64,000 nt of DNA from Trichodelitschia bisporula (Eukaryota). The stretch covers positions 62,001 to 126,000 of the forward strand of contig ML996701.1 in assembly GCA_010356995.1 (NCBI GenBank), in the 5' to 3' direction. Each line of letters starts with the position of its first letter. The first letter of the stretch is position 1. Of the stretch, positions 36,981-47,122 are shown piece by piece. A model generated the notes under the pieces. It was not told where the DNA came from. It did not search any database and saw only the letters and a list, made by a program, of their open reading frames with translations. A program made the position numbers and the translations under genes.

Positions 36981-39170
36981 ATGGCCGTGCAAGATCAAAA
37001 GGACCTGCCCGTGCACGTCGACGGGCGCAAGTCCTCCGTCGTCGAAATCCAAGACGAGCAAGGCCACAAGAAAGTCGTGAACCTCGAGAACCTGACCGCG
37101 GCCGACAAGGCTCTGGCCGAGCAGTTTGGTGCGTAGGGAAATGCTGCACGCCGTTGTGCTGTTCTGTCGTGCAAGCTTTGGAAACTGACGTTCGGCGCAG
37201 GCTACAACCCAGTGCGTACCCGAGAGGGCCGCTGCATGCTGGCGGGCGGTTCATGCACGCAGCCGCTGATCTGGTGGATATAGGTCTTCAAGCGCGAATT
37301 TGGATACCTGGCGTGCTTTAGTTTTGCAGTGCGTTCCCCCCTCACTCCCCAACCCCAATTGCGCACCATCTAACACCACCGTAGGGCAAGACATATGCAT
37401 CACTGCGCCGCTCCCCCAACTAACACCCCCCCAGTCTCCATCTCCGGCCTCTTCTCGACAACCGCAACGTCCGTCCCCTCCCCTACCCTCCCCCCAAAAC
37501 CACGCCACTAACACAAACCAGCACTTTCGTCTTCCCTCTCACCTCCGGCGGCGCCTCCGCCGTCGTCTGGTGCTGGTTCATCTCCGGCCTCGGCTGCCTC
37601 TGCATCGCCTTCTCCGTCGCCGAACTCGTCAGCGCGTACCCGACCTGCGGCGGCCTGTACTTCGCCGTCTCGCGCCTCGCGCCCCGCGAGCACGTGCCCT
37701 GGATCTCGTGGATTACAGTATGTACCCCGCGCGCCCATGTAAGGCCTCGCTAATCGTTGTAGGGCTGGCTTAATCTGCTGGGACAAGGTATGCGGCCGAA
37801 GCCTTGTGGGCGGCAGGACGGGCGCTAATGGTGTTAGTTGCGGGGGTTGCGTCGAGCCAGTATGGTGGGGCGCAGTTGCTGCTTGCGGCTGTGTCGATGG
37901 GGTCGGATTTCTCATACGGTGCGTTTTGAGGTCGAAGGTTGCAGTGGGCGTGGTTAAGCTAACGCGCGCAAAGTGCCTACGAATAACCACACCGTTGGCG
38001 TCATGGCGGGGTTGACCATCATAGCCGGCATCCTGAAGTAAGTCACACCCGCTAGCGGTTCGGACGCAACTGACAACGCCCAGCTCGCTGCCCACGAACT
38101 GGATGGAGAAGATGACGCGCACCTATGTCATCTTCCACATCATCGTGCTCCTTTGTGGCTCCATCGCCCTGCTCGCAAAGACGGAGAACAAGCACAGCGC
38201 CCACTATGTGTTCACGAACGTCGAGTCTACCACCGGCTGGACCCCGATGGGCTGGTCCTGGCTCTTCGGCTTCCTGAGCGTCAGCTGGACCATGACGGAC
38301 TACGACGCGACCGCGCATATCGCCGAGGAGATCTCCGAGCCCGAGCTCAAGGCGCCCTGGGCCATCAGCATGGCCATGGTATTCACCTTCGTCGCAGGCT
38401 GGCTGTACAACATCGTCCTCGCCTTCTGCATGGGCAACCCGGAAGAAATCCTCGCGTCGCCCGTCGCCCAGCCCGTCGCCCAGATCTACTACAACTCGCT
38501 CGGCAAGGCGGGCGGCGTCGCGTTCACCGTGTTCGCGTTCCTGATCATCGAGTTCGTGTGCTGGACTGCGCTGCAGGCTACGGCGCGTACGTTCTTTGCG
38601 TTCAGCCGTGACCGTCTGATTCCCATGTCGCATGTGTGGACCAAGATTTCGCCGATCACGGGCACGCCCCTGAATGCTGTCTGGCTGGCGACCGTCCTGT
38701 GCATTCTGATCAACTTGATCGCGCTCGGGAGTTACATTGCCATTTCCGGCGTGTTCAACGTGTGCGCCATCGCGCTGGACTGGAGCTACACCATCCCCAT
38801 CATCTGCAAGCTGATATGGGGCAACTTCAAGCCCGGTCCCTGGAACCTAGGAATCTTTTCCAAGGCCATTAACGCCTGGGCCATTATCGTAAGTACCCGC
38901 TCCCCCCACTCTTCTCATCCTAGTCGCTCACGACAAAAACAGTGGACGGCCTTCGTGTCCATCATCTTCATCCTGCCCACCGTGCGCCCCGTCAAAGCCG
39001 ATAACATGAACTACGCCATCGCCTTCCTGGGGGGCATTTTCATCGCGGCGAGCATATACTGGTATGCGGACGGGCGCCGCTTCTACACGGGGCCGATTGT
39101 CGAGGCGCATGTTATGGATTCGCCGGGGGCGACGTCGGATGTGGATGACAAGAAGGCGGGCGAGGCGTAA
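36981..39170 (+). CDS. APC-superfamily amino acid/GABA/polyamine permease (ACT family, Uga4/Tpo5-like), 11 exons
   Basis: Exons 36981-37128, 37201-37211, 37284-37328, 37385 (1 nt), 37435-37468, 37522-37717, 37763-37787, 37838-37918, 37974-38037, 38084-38888 and 38943-39170. Spliced protein: QFGYNPVFKREFGYLACFSFAVSISGLF, SVAELVSAYPTCGGLY, WITGWLNLLGQ, WTMTDYDATAHIAEE, FAFSRD, NMNYA. Confidence 0.92.
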
Positions 39171-39670
39171 GTGCTCATCCGGGTAAATGGGTGTTGCGTT
39201 TGTAAGTATTGAAGGAATAATTGCATGCCTGATTTCCCACTGCTGGGTGCATTTGACGGTGCGCATTGATGGGGTTTTGTGACCGCACTGATACCTTTCA
39301 TGATGTGTGGCTCTTTGACCAAGGGAAGGGAAGGGAAGAGCGAAAGACCCGCCTTCCATATCTTTTCGATATTTCAGCCCTGGTTCATATATTCCAGCAG
39401 CCGACATCGCTCATATTATATCTCTGAACGACACAACATTCACCACAAGCCCTACCACTCCGAAAAAGCACTTTGGAGCCCTTCCCCAGATTTCTCCGCC
39501 TCATCTATCTGCCCTAGCACCTCCACCGTCTGCGGAATACTGCTCCCAAAATACACCGCGCCACGCGGAGCTTATACCTGTCCCATTTATATTAACTACC
39601 TCACGAACGACAAAATGTCTTCACCATCCCACGTCCATCATCCACCCACCACCACGCTCCTTTGTCAACT

Positions 39671-40477
39671 ATGTCGTTCCTTACCCTCCTCCTCTCCGCC
39701 CTGCTACCGGCCGTGTCCCTCGCCGCGCCCCTCCCCGCCCTCACCACACAGGCCGCAAACCACCCCCACTTCCTCCTCGCCGGCGACAGCACCACCGCCC
39801 CCGGCGGCGGCTGGGGGAACAGCTTCCTCTCCCTCCTCGTCCCCCCCGCAACCGGCACCAACCACGCGCGCAACGGCCAAACAACCGTCTCCTTCCGCAA
39901 AGGCGGCAACTGGGACAAGGTCCTCAGCGAACTTAAGACGAAAAAAGGCGGCGCGGACGTGTACGTTACGATCCAGTTCGGGCACAATGATCAGAAGCCC
40001 GATAAGGGCATTTCGATTGCCCAGTTTGGGAATAATCTGGTTGAGTTGGGGAGGGAGGTGCAGAAGGCGGGGGGGCATCCGGTGAGCTTGGGCAAGGCGT
40101 GGGTATGGTAATCGGGGATGTTGATATACATGTAGATCCTCGTAACGCCCCTAACCCGGCGCTCCTTCTCCGGCTCCAAAGTCACCGAGAACCTCTCCCA
40201 AGAACGCACCGCCACCATCTCCGCAGCACGCAAACTCGAAGCACCGCTTCTCGATCTCAACGAGGCGTCGACGCGGTACATCAACGCCATCGGTCAAGCC
40301 GCGGCCTCGAAGCTCAATCTCGAGAAAAGCGATAATACGCATTTGAACGAGTTGGGCGGGAAGGTATTCGGGCGCATGGTGGCGGATCTGTTGGCTAAAG
40401 CGGTGCCGGCGTTGAAGGGGGCGGTTAGGGCGGAGGATGGCACGAGTCGGGCGATTAGGGAGGGGAAGTTGCCGTAG
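39671..40477 (+). CDS. Secreted SGNH hydrolase, rhamnogalacturonan acetylesterase-like (CE12)
   Basis: Signal peptide MSFLTLLLSALLPAVSLA. LAGDSTT, GGWG, NHARNGQTT, IQFGHND, LVTPLTRR, DNTHLN. Intron 40082-40135. Confidence 0.92.
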
Positions 40478-42018
40478 TGGAGATGGTGGCTGGATGGGTG
40501 ACAGATGGCAGATGGCGGCGCTGACCGATCGTGCCCGCTGGTTTGCGCTATTCTCGACCTCGTAGAGTTTCAAACACCCTGGCGGGATCGAGATGGCATC
40601 ATCATGCATAAGCGGACCCCTCATCGAAAATCAAGCCCGGTTACGAAGTACTTCGTAAAAGGTACTTTTATGCAGACACGACGTACCCGCGCAAGCACAA
40701 AGCATAAAGCACATGTACATAGCAACATAACGTCCTGCATTAGAACGAGCACAGTGGCATAACTTTCGTCATGCCCCACCTCCCCCTCCCGAGCCCACCG
40801 AGTCCACTCTCAGCCCAGCACCCTATAAAAATCTTGCCCGCAACCGCACTTGACCCCGTCCCTAGGCCGTGATTCGTCCAGGCATATGCAAGCTGTCCGC
40901 AGAAGGGACGGCTAGGTCATTGCTAGCGGGGCGGTTGGGGCCAATGGTGTGCGAGGGGAGGGGGTGTGACGACGGCGTGCGGCGGTTTTGGGGTGATGAC
41001 GATGAGGAAAACGAGAACTAGCGGGGAGTGGCACGGTGGGCATTTCTCTTCCTTCTGAGAGATTTGCTTGGGGATGATAATGGAGCTGGAGCTGAGTTTA
41101 AGGATGGAGGAAGATGGGGGATATTGGAGTTGCGATCAACATCGGGTGTTCGCTTTTCGAGGGTCGAGGAACAGAAACGGCTCTCGCTGGATGGGCCGCT
41201 TGTCCGCTGCCCGCTCCCCGATTAAGGTTCGTGCAGGGCACCGCACCGCACCGCACCGCACCGCCGGCCCTCGTTTTTGGGAATGGGTGGGCTCATGCGG
41301 CTCCACCGGTGTGCAGAGCTTCGTGGTCTTTCGGGAAATGCCAGAATGCGCAGCCAGCGGGCGAGATGAGGGTCTTTTTAAGCATACGACGGAAGGAGGA
41401 AGGGAAGGCGAGGCAAGGCTGGTTAGATGCAGGGAAAAAGAAGGCGCTCAACTGACCGGCCTGGGAAAAGATGGGGCTCTGTTGGTTGTGCCTGTTGTCT
41501 GTCTATGAGGGGCTGGCGATTCGAGGCTGGAAAATGAGGCCCAGGAGAGAAGTCGGGTGAAGCTCCGGAGAAGGGGAAGAGGTTTTTTGCTGCAGTTCAT
41601 GATCATGACGCTTTCTCGCAACATGTGCTGCACAGTGGCATCAAACATCACGGACAAAATGCCTCTCTTTTCCACCTCCCTACCTGAGACACTCGCTCTC
41701 TTCCACCCCGTCCACCTCATCCCTCCCCACCCCTCAATCCCCCCAAGAGCAGGTGGTGAGTTGGAAGCGTCGGTGACGTAAGTGGGCGCACCCACCCACC
41801 CCCGCCCTGGGCCAACATGATAAGCGGGGGGCCCACACCACAACTCCCACAGCCCCGTCGCTGCTCTCCGCTCATCAAACTCACCTCACTTCCTCATCTG
41901 CTACACACCACCTGACAACCCTCTTTCCTCATTTATTCTCACATCTCCATCTCAGTGAGCATCTCATCTGATCCCTCCAAATACCCCTCCAAACACTCCT
42001 CTAACCTCTCACTCAGCC

Positions 42019-43900
42019 ATGGCATCCCGCCGTAACTACCCAGTTGCCGACCTCTACGAGGAGCGTCACAGCGACTACTACCGCAACAACGGCCGCCGCA
42101 CGACAACACGGGAGTACGACGAGCTAGACGTCGAACTCGCCCGCTCCAACGGCCCGGCCTTCCTCCGCGACGACTACGGCCGCAGCTCCAACGCCGGGGC
42201 CCTGGTGGTCCGCAGCCAACACGAGGAAATCGACCGCCCCGCCCCCCGCCGACGAGAAATCGAAAAAGACGAGCTAATCATCCGCGACCGGGATTCCCGC
42301 CCCCCTCGCCGCCGGCACCGCTCGCACTCCAGGGATGACATCGTCTTCCGCCACAGCGAGGCCTCGCTCCCCCTCCGCGGCGGCCGCCAAGAGGAAACAG
42401 ACATCTACATCCGCCACTCCGACGACAAAGCCCCGCGGCACCCACGGCACCGCGACGTCGAGCGCGACGAATTCGTCGTCCGTCGCTCGGAGCCAGACCT
42501 AACTCGCACGCGCGAGGTCGAGCGCGACGAGTTCATCGTCCGGCGGGGCGAGGGTGAGCGGCGCGCGCCCCGGGGACGGGAGGTCGAGAAGGAGGAGATT
42601 ATCATCCGCCGTGATGAGCAGCGCGAGGACCGGGGGCGCCAGCGCTCGGTGTCGCGGGAGCGGATTTCGATCCGCGAGAAGAGTCGTGTGAGGGGGAAGA
42701 GCCAGCCGCCGCAGTTGATCGGCCGGGAGCGCGAGGAGTTCGTTGTACGTCGGCGCGCGCCGCCTACGCCGCCTCCGCGGCAGGAGCGGGAGACTATTAC
42801 TATTAAGCGGACGGAGGCAAGGTCGCCGACGCCGCCGCCGGAGCCGAAGCAGCCGGAGCCGATTGTAAGGCCGCCGATTGTGCAGGAGATTCATCAGGAG
42901 ATTATCACTCATCACCGGCATATCGACCACGGTAAGTACGAAGATTTGGAGCCGCGGTATTCGCCGCGGTATCTGCACGTCGGGTATACGGGTGCTGAGA
43001 GACGCGCAGGCGTTGAACGTGCACGCTCGCTTAGTCCGCTGCCTCCGCCGCGGGAACCGACCCCGCCGCGGGACACCGTCGAGTCGCTGGAGATCGACAT
43101 CCGCCGACGGTACGTGATCTTCCCTTCTCGTTTATAAAATCAGAAACTGACAGCAGCAAAGCAATGGTCGTGGCGGTGACTGGGAGGAGGACATCACCTT
43201 CGAACGCACCACCCGCGACGACAAGCAGCCCTCGCGGCGCCGGAGCGTCAGCGCCCGCCGCCCGCGCTACCATGATGACCTCGAGGAGGAAGCCGAGTTC
43301 TACAATAGAAAGGCGCTGGAGCGCGGGTACGTGGGCGAGGGGTACAACGGCGCGACCAAGGACTGGACGATTGTGGATGTGCCGCCGGGGACGGAGCGGG
43401 TGAAGATGGACGGCGCCGGCGGCGGCAGCCAGGAGATCACCTGGCAGCGGTTCAACGGTGTCCGGCGGTCGAAGTTTATGGCCGGTGACCGCGAATTTGA
43501 TTCCGGGTTCGGGCAGCCGGCGAGTAATAGCAGGCGCAAGAGCCGCACGCAGGACATGTGGACGGAGATTACGAAGGATTTGGTGCTGAAGGATGCGATT
43601 GAGGAGATGGGGTATGATTATGAGGAGACGGAGTACTTCTTTTATGTCATGGAGTACCTGCGATACGTAAGTTTTGTGGGGGTTTGGGTGCTGCGGGTTG
43701 CTAACGAAGAGTAGGAGGACGTACTCCAGCTCGTCGAGATCTCGGATGAGATCCGTCGGCACCGCAACAGGCGCCTGCGCGAGCTTGAGTGGGAACGCGA
43801 CGAGTTCCACAGCGAGCGTGGGTCGCGTCGGGGCGGTGGTTACGACGATCGGTACTATGAGCGTGAGGTTGTGGTTGATACCTCGAAGAGGCGGTACTAG
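42019..43900 (+). CDS. Conserved Arg/Glu-rich fungal protein of unknown function
   Basis: Introns 42932-43009, 43110-43161 and 43667-43714. Repeated VERDEFIVRR-like units, HQEIITHHRHIDHG, GATKDWTIVDVPPGTERV, MWTEITKDLV..AIEEMGYDYEETEYFFYVMEYLRYEDV. Confidence 0.85.
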
Positions 43901-44302
43901 AACTATTTCAAGGCGACGCGAAAAAGAGCGACGAGATACAACGGCAAAGGAACTCACAGCACGACGTTATGAAACTTGCACGACACAACGGTTCATGATG
44001 CATTCGGCGGCCCAGAGACGGTAATGTACGTGGGTAGAGAGCGATTCGGGCGTTTCTTTTCTTCTTCGATTTCCTTTTGTGTATGGTGGATTTTGGTAGT
44101 TAGCGAGTCATTGTCATAACCATTGTGGAATGTTCTTGATGTCCATTGTACGTACGTGGTGGTGGAGGAGGAGGGGGAGGCTTCACGAGGAAAACTTGTA
44201 TAGCTGTGCTTCTTTTAGGCATAATATGGAAACAACGAGATGATGTTCGATACTCCTCGATGCAACTCAGAGCGTGTAATGTTCACGATGTGATGATGTA
44301 CG

Positions 44303-44510
44303 GATGTAGACATAGAAGGAGCATATCACTCTTGGGAGGGGACATTGTGTAATGTGAGTATGCCAGGAGGAAGGAGCGAAGCAGGATACTTTGGCATCGT
44401 GTATTTCAGTCTCGAGAATCTCTTCCTCCCTTCCTCTCTTTGTCTGCTACCGTACTTCAATCTTCAGTTAACACACTTGCCGTTGCACGTGTTAAACCTC
44501 TGCTACCATC
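44303..44510 (+). repeat. Dispersed repeat family, copy C
   Basis: Shares gatgtagacat, aaggagcata, ggacattgtgtaatgtg, catcgtgtat, ttgcacgtgttaaacct.tgct.ccat with copies B and E. Confidence 0.7.
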
Positions 44511-44754
44511 ATGATGTGCCTTTATCACGTGAGTCAGCCAGCGAGCATCACGTAGATTGGCGTCAGCCCAGCCCTGCCCCGCCCGCCGCCCCGCACCAAT
44601 CAGCCCTGCGACGACGCGGAGGTGACAAAGCGCTGCGCCACCTTTGCCCCTTCACCCCTTGGTCCCAGTTGTCAACATCACATCACCCACGTAAACCTCA
44701 CCGCCACAACTCCATCCAAACTACACTTACATCCATCAACACACCTACGCAATC

Positions 44755-45853
44755 ATGAGGTTCATCAGCCTCGCTGCCATCGCCGCCCCGGCGGCTGGCT
44801 TCCTCATCCCGCCGGAGATGTCGCACGTCAGCGCCGCGCAGCCGCTCAACCCAGGCGAACTGAGTCTAGATGTTGCGTGTCGTGGGTGTCCGTTTGCCAG
44901 TGCCGGCGAGCGCGGCGAGTTGGTCTGGGAGCAAGGCGTCGAGAACGCGGTGGTAAGTCAACTCCCCTCAGCCCTCGGGCCTCTCGTCAGAAGAGCAGAA
45001 AGCTAACCCCCCGCAGCGTCTAAACTTCACCACAACCACCAACCCGCCCACCATCTTCCTCAACGGGGCTCCCATATTCCCCCCCTCACTGGATACCGCA
45101 CTGTCCGTAGCGCAAATCGCCAACGCTCCCGACGCGGAACCCACGACCCTCCCCATCACTTCTTTCACGATGAACAGCGACTCCCGCTCCGGCGACGAGG
45201 ACACCGCGCTCCTGACGCTGAACCTGCATATCGATGCCCTGGCCATGCACTCGATCCGTCTCCCCACGGTTGTTGTAACCGCCCTCCGCGGGCCGGACGG
45301 GGAGTACGCCCTGCTCGACGTGAAGGCCGATGAGGCGGCCCCGCTTCCGGAGAAGCCTGAGGAGGACAAGTGCGAGGATTGGGTGTGCCGCTGGCAGGCC
45401 GCGATGCGCGAGCGTCTTAACAGGCTGTACGGCCTGACGAAGGGCGGGTGCAAGGGTATGGGCAGGGGGAAGGGCGCGCATCACCGCCCCGGGAGTTGGC
45501 ATGGTGTGGGGCGGCCGCATCGGCCGCATGCGCCTGTGAAGCCGGAGGGCGAGAAACTGGCTGCCGAGAAGCCGGTGGGTGAGGAGGCGGGTGGGTCGTA
45601 TCCGTTCTTGGGCTGGGTGTTTTGGCTTGCCGCTGGTGTGACTTTGCTGGTTGGTTTGAAGAGGATAGAGAGCGCGTATCATTTTGCGCCGGGAGTGTCC
45701 TTTGTCGACGAGCTGACGGAGGTGGTGCGGAAGGATGCGGAGAGGAAGGCGGCGTTGAAGAAGGCTAAGGAGGAGGAGGCGTTGTTGGAGAAGTATGGAG
45801 AGGGTCTGCCGGTTTATGAGGAGCTGGAGGGGAGGGAGGTTGCTAGGGAGTAG
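44755..45853 (+). CDS. Hypothetical type I membrane protein (signal peptide, luminal domain, one TM, LPVY tail)
   Basis: MRFISLAAIAAPAAGFLIPP signal and LDVACRGCPF. Intron 44953-45016 joins in frame to the 45170 ORF. TM FLGWVFWLAAGVTLLVGL. Confidence 0.8.
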
Positions 45854-46295
45854 GGGGGAGTGTAGGGAGCAGAGGGAGTTTGTGGGGTTAATTTGACTTG
45901 GGTTTTGCTCGCGGTTGTGCACCTTCGGCTCTTCTTTGGTTCTGTTTCGTTGGGGACAGATTGTAGGTGTAGCGATTGAGGTTTTTGCACGGTTCGTTTC
46001 GTATACTGTGTCGTGTTTCTAGCTGTGCAATGTACCGTATATCATTCGTGGGAAAGCGCACACTCCCGACATCGCGTCTTCACAGCCGCGTGTCCGCCGT
46101 GCCTGCCCTGATGGCTTGTGATAATGAGGCATACTGTACCCACCATCGATATATGCTGGGAATACGAGCCTCGGTTTGGACGCGGGGAGGTTACGGGCTG
46201 CGGCACGTATACCGTGTGTGCCAGGTCGTAGAACCACTCAGTCTATTCCATCTGACATCAACGAGGTGGGTTACCTAGTGGACGCTTAGGTCGCT

Positions 46296-46562
46296 GATGG
46301 GATATGGCAGACCTTGACACGTGTGATGCGACTTTGTGAAGTGAAGCTTGTAATGAAAGACGAAGCGGAAAAGAGAGTCGAGAGACTCTCGAGCCTAAAT
46401 ACACTGAGGCGGCCAATGTCCTCCATGGTGCCTTCCCTCTGGTGATGCTCACGTCATGTCATCACCCATTATTACCCATAGTGCTTCCCCCAGAAGCGAG
46501 ATGCTCCTTCCAATATTACTTATGGTTTTGTCTTATAGCCTTATCCCCTCCATGCCCACATG
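46296..46562 (-). repeat. Dispersed repeat family, copy D (inverted)
   Basis: Reverse complement reads gaaggagcat..ggaggacattg..gtgtatttaggctcgagagtctctcgactctc..cgtctttcatt..cacgtgtcaag, matching copies C and E. Confidence 0.7.
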
Positions 46563-47027
46563 ACGTAGACTGGCGAAGAGGTTAAGTGATTGCTTGACGT
46601 TGGTGGATATTTGTGAAGGGGACGTTTGAACGGCCGCCTGTTCATAGATGGTATGGATCTGGGCAGCGAAGCTGGGCTAGGGCCTGAAACGACGACGGCA
46701 TTGATCTAGGGATACTCATCACTCGACGGAGGCAGTACAGTACCGTAGGCTGGTGAAGCGGGAGATCGATTATTCGATGGTGGTATTGGTATGATATTGA
46801 CACATTGAGGTCCTGCCAGCCATATCTTGCAAGGAGTGAACATGACGGGAATTGAAAACGGCGCAACAGCGAGGAGAACAGACAAGTGATGCGAGCGACG
46901 GGACAGGACGCCAGTATCACGCAACACCAGAATTGCGACTCTCATCATCAATTCTCTCACCGTAGAAAATCCGTCACTAAAGATTGGCAAGTGACAAGCC
47001 CACTGTCAGATCGCTTCGACATAATCC

Positions 47028-47122
47028 GCCCCTTTAGCTCAGTTGGTAGAGCGCGGCACTAGTACCTGTGTCCTTCACGGTCGTCAATGCCGAGGTCGAT
47101 AGTTCAACTCTGTCAGGGGGCA
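47028..47122 (+). tRNA. tRNA-Thr(AGT) with a 22-nt intron (47065-47086)
   Basis: Acceptor stem GCCCCTT/AGGGGGC. D arm GCTC-AGTTGGTA-GAGC. Anticodon stem CGGCA/TGCCG with loop CT-AGT-A^A. T arm GATAG-TTCAACT-CTGTC. Oligo-T Pol III terminator at ~47135-47142. Confidence 0.95.

Noticed and set aside
37329..37434. Stwintron (nested twin intron) interpretation of the double intron
   Set aside because: A stwintron removes all 106 nt and would frameshift the permease; one G must remain.
47065..47086. Intron in tRNA-Thr(AGT) as unusual
   Set aside because: Canonical 37/38 position; tRNA introns are common in filamentous fungi.
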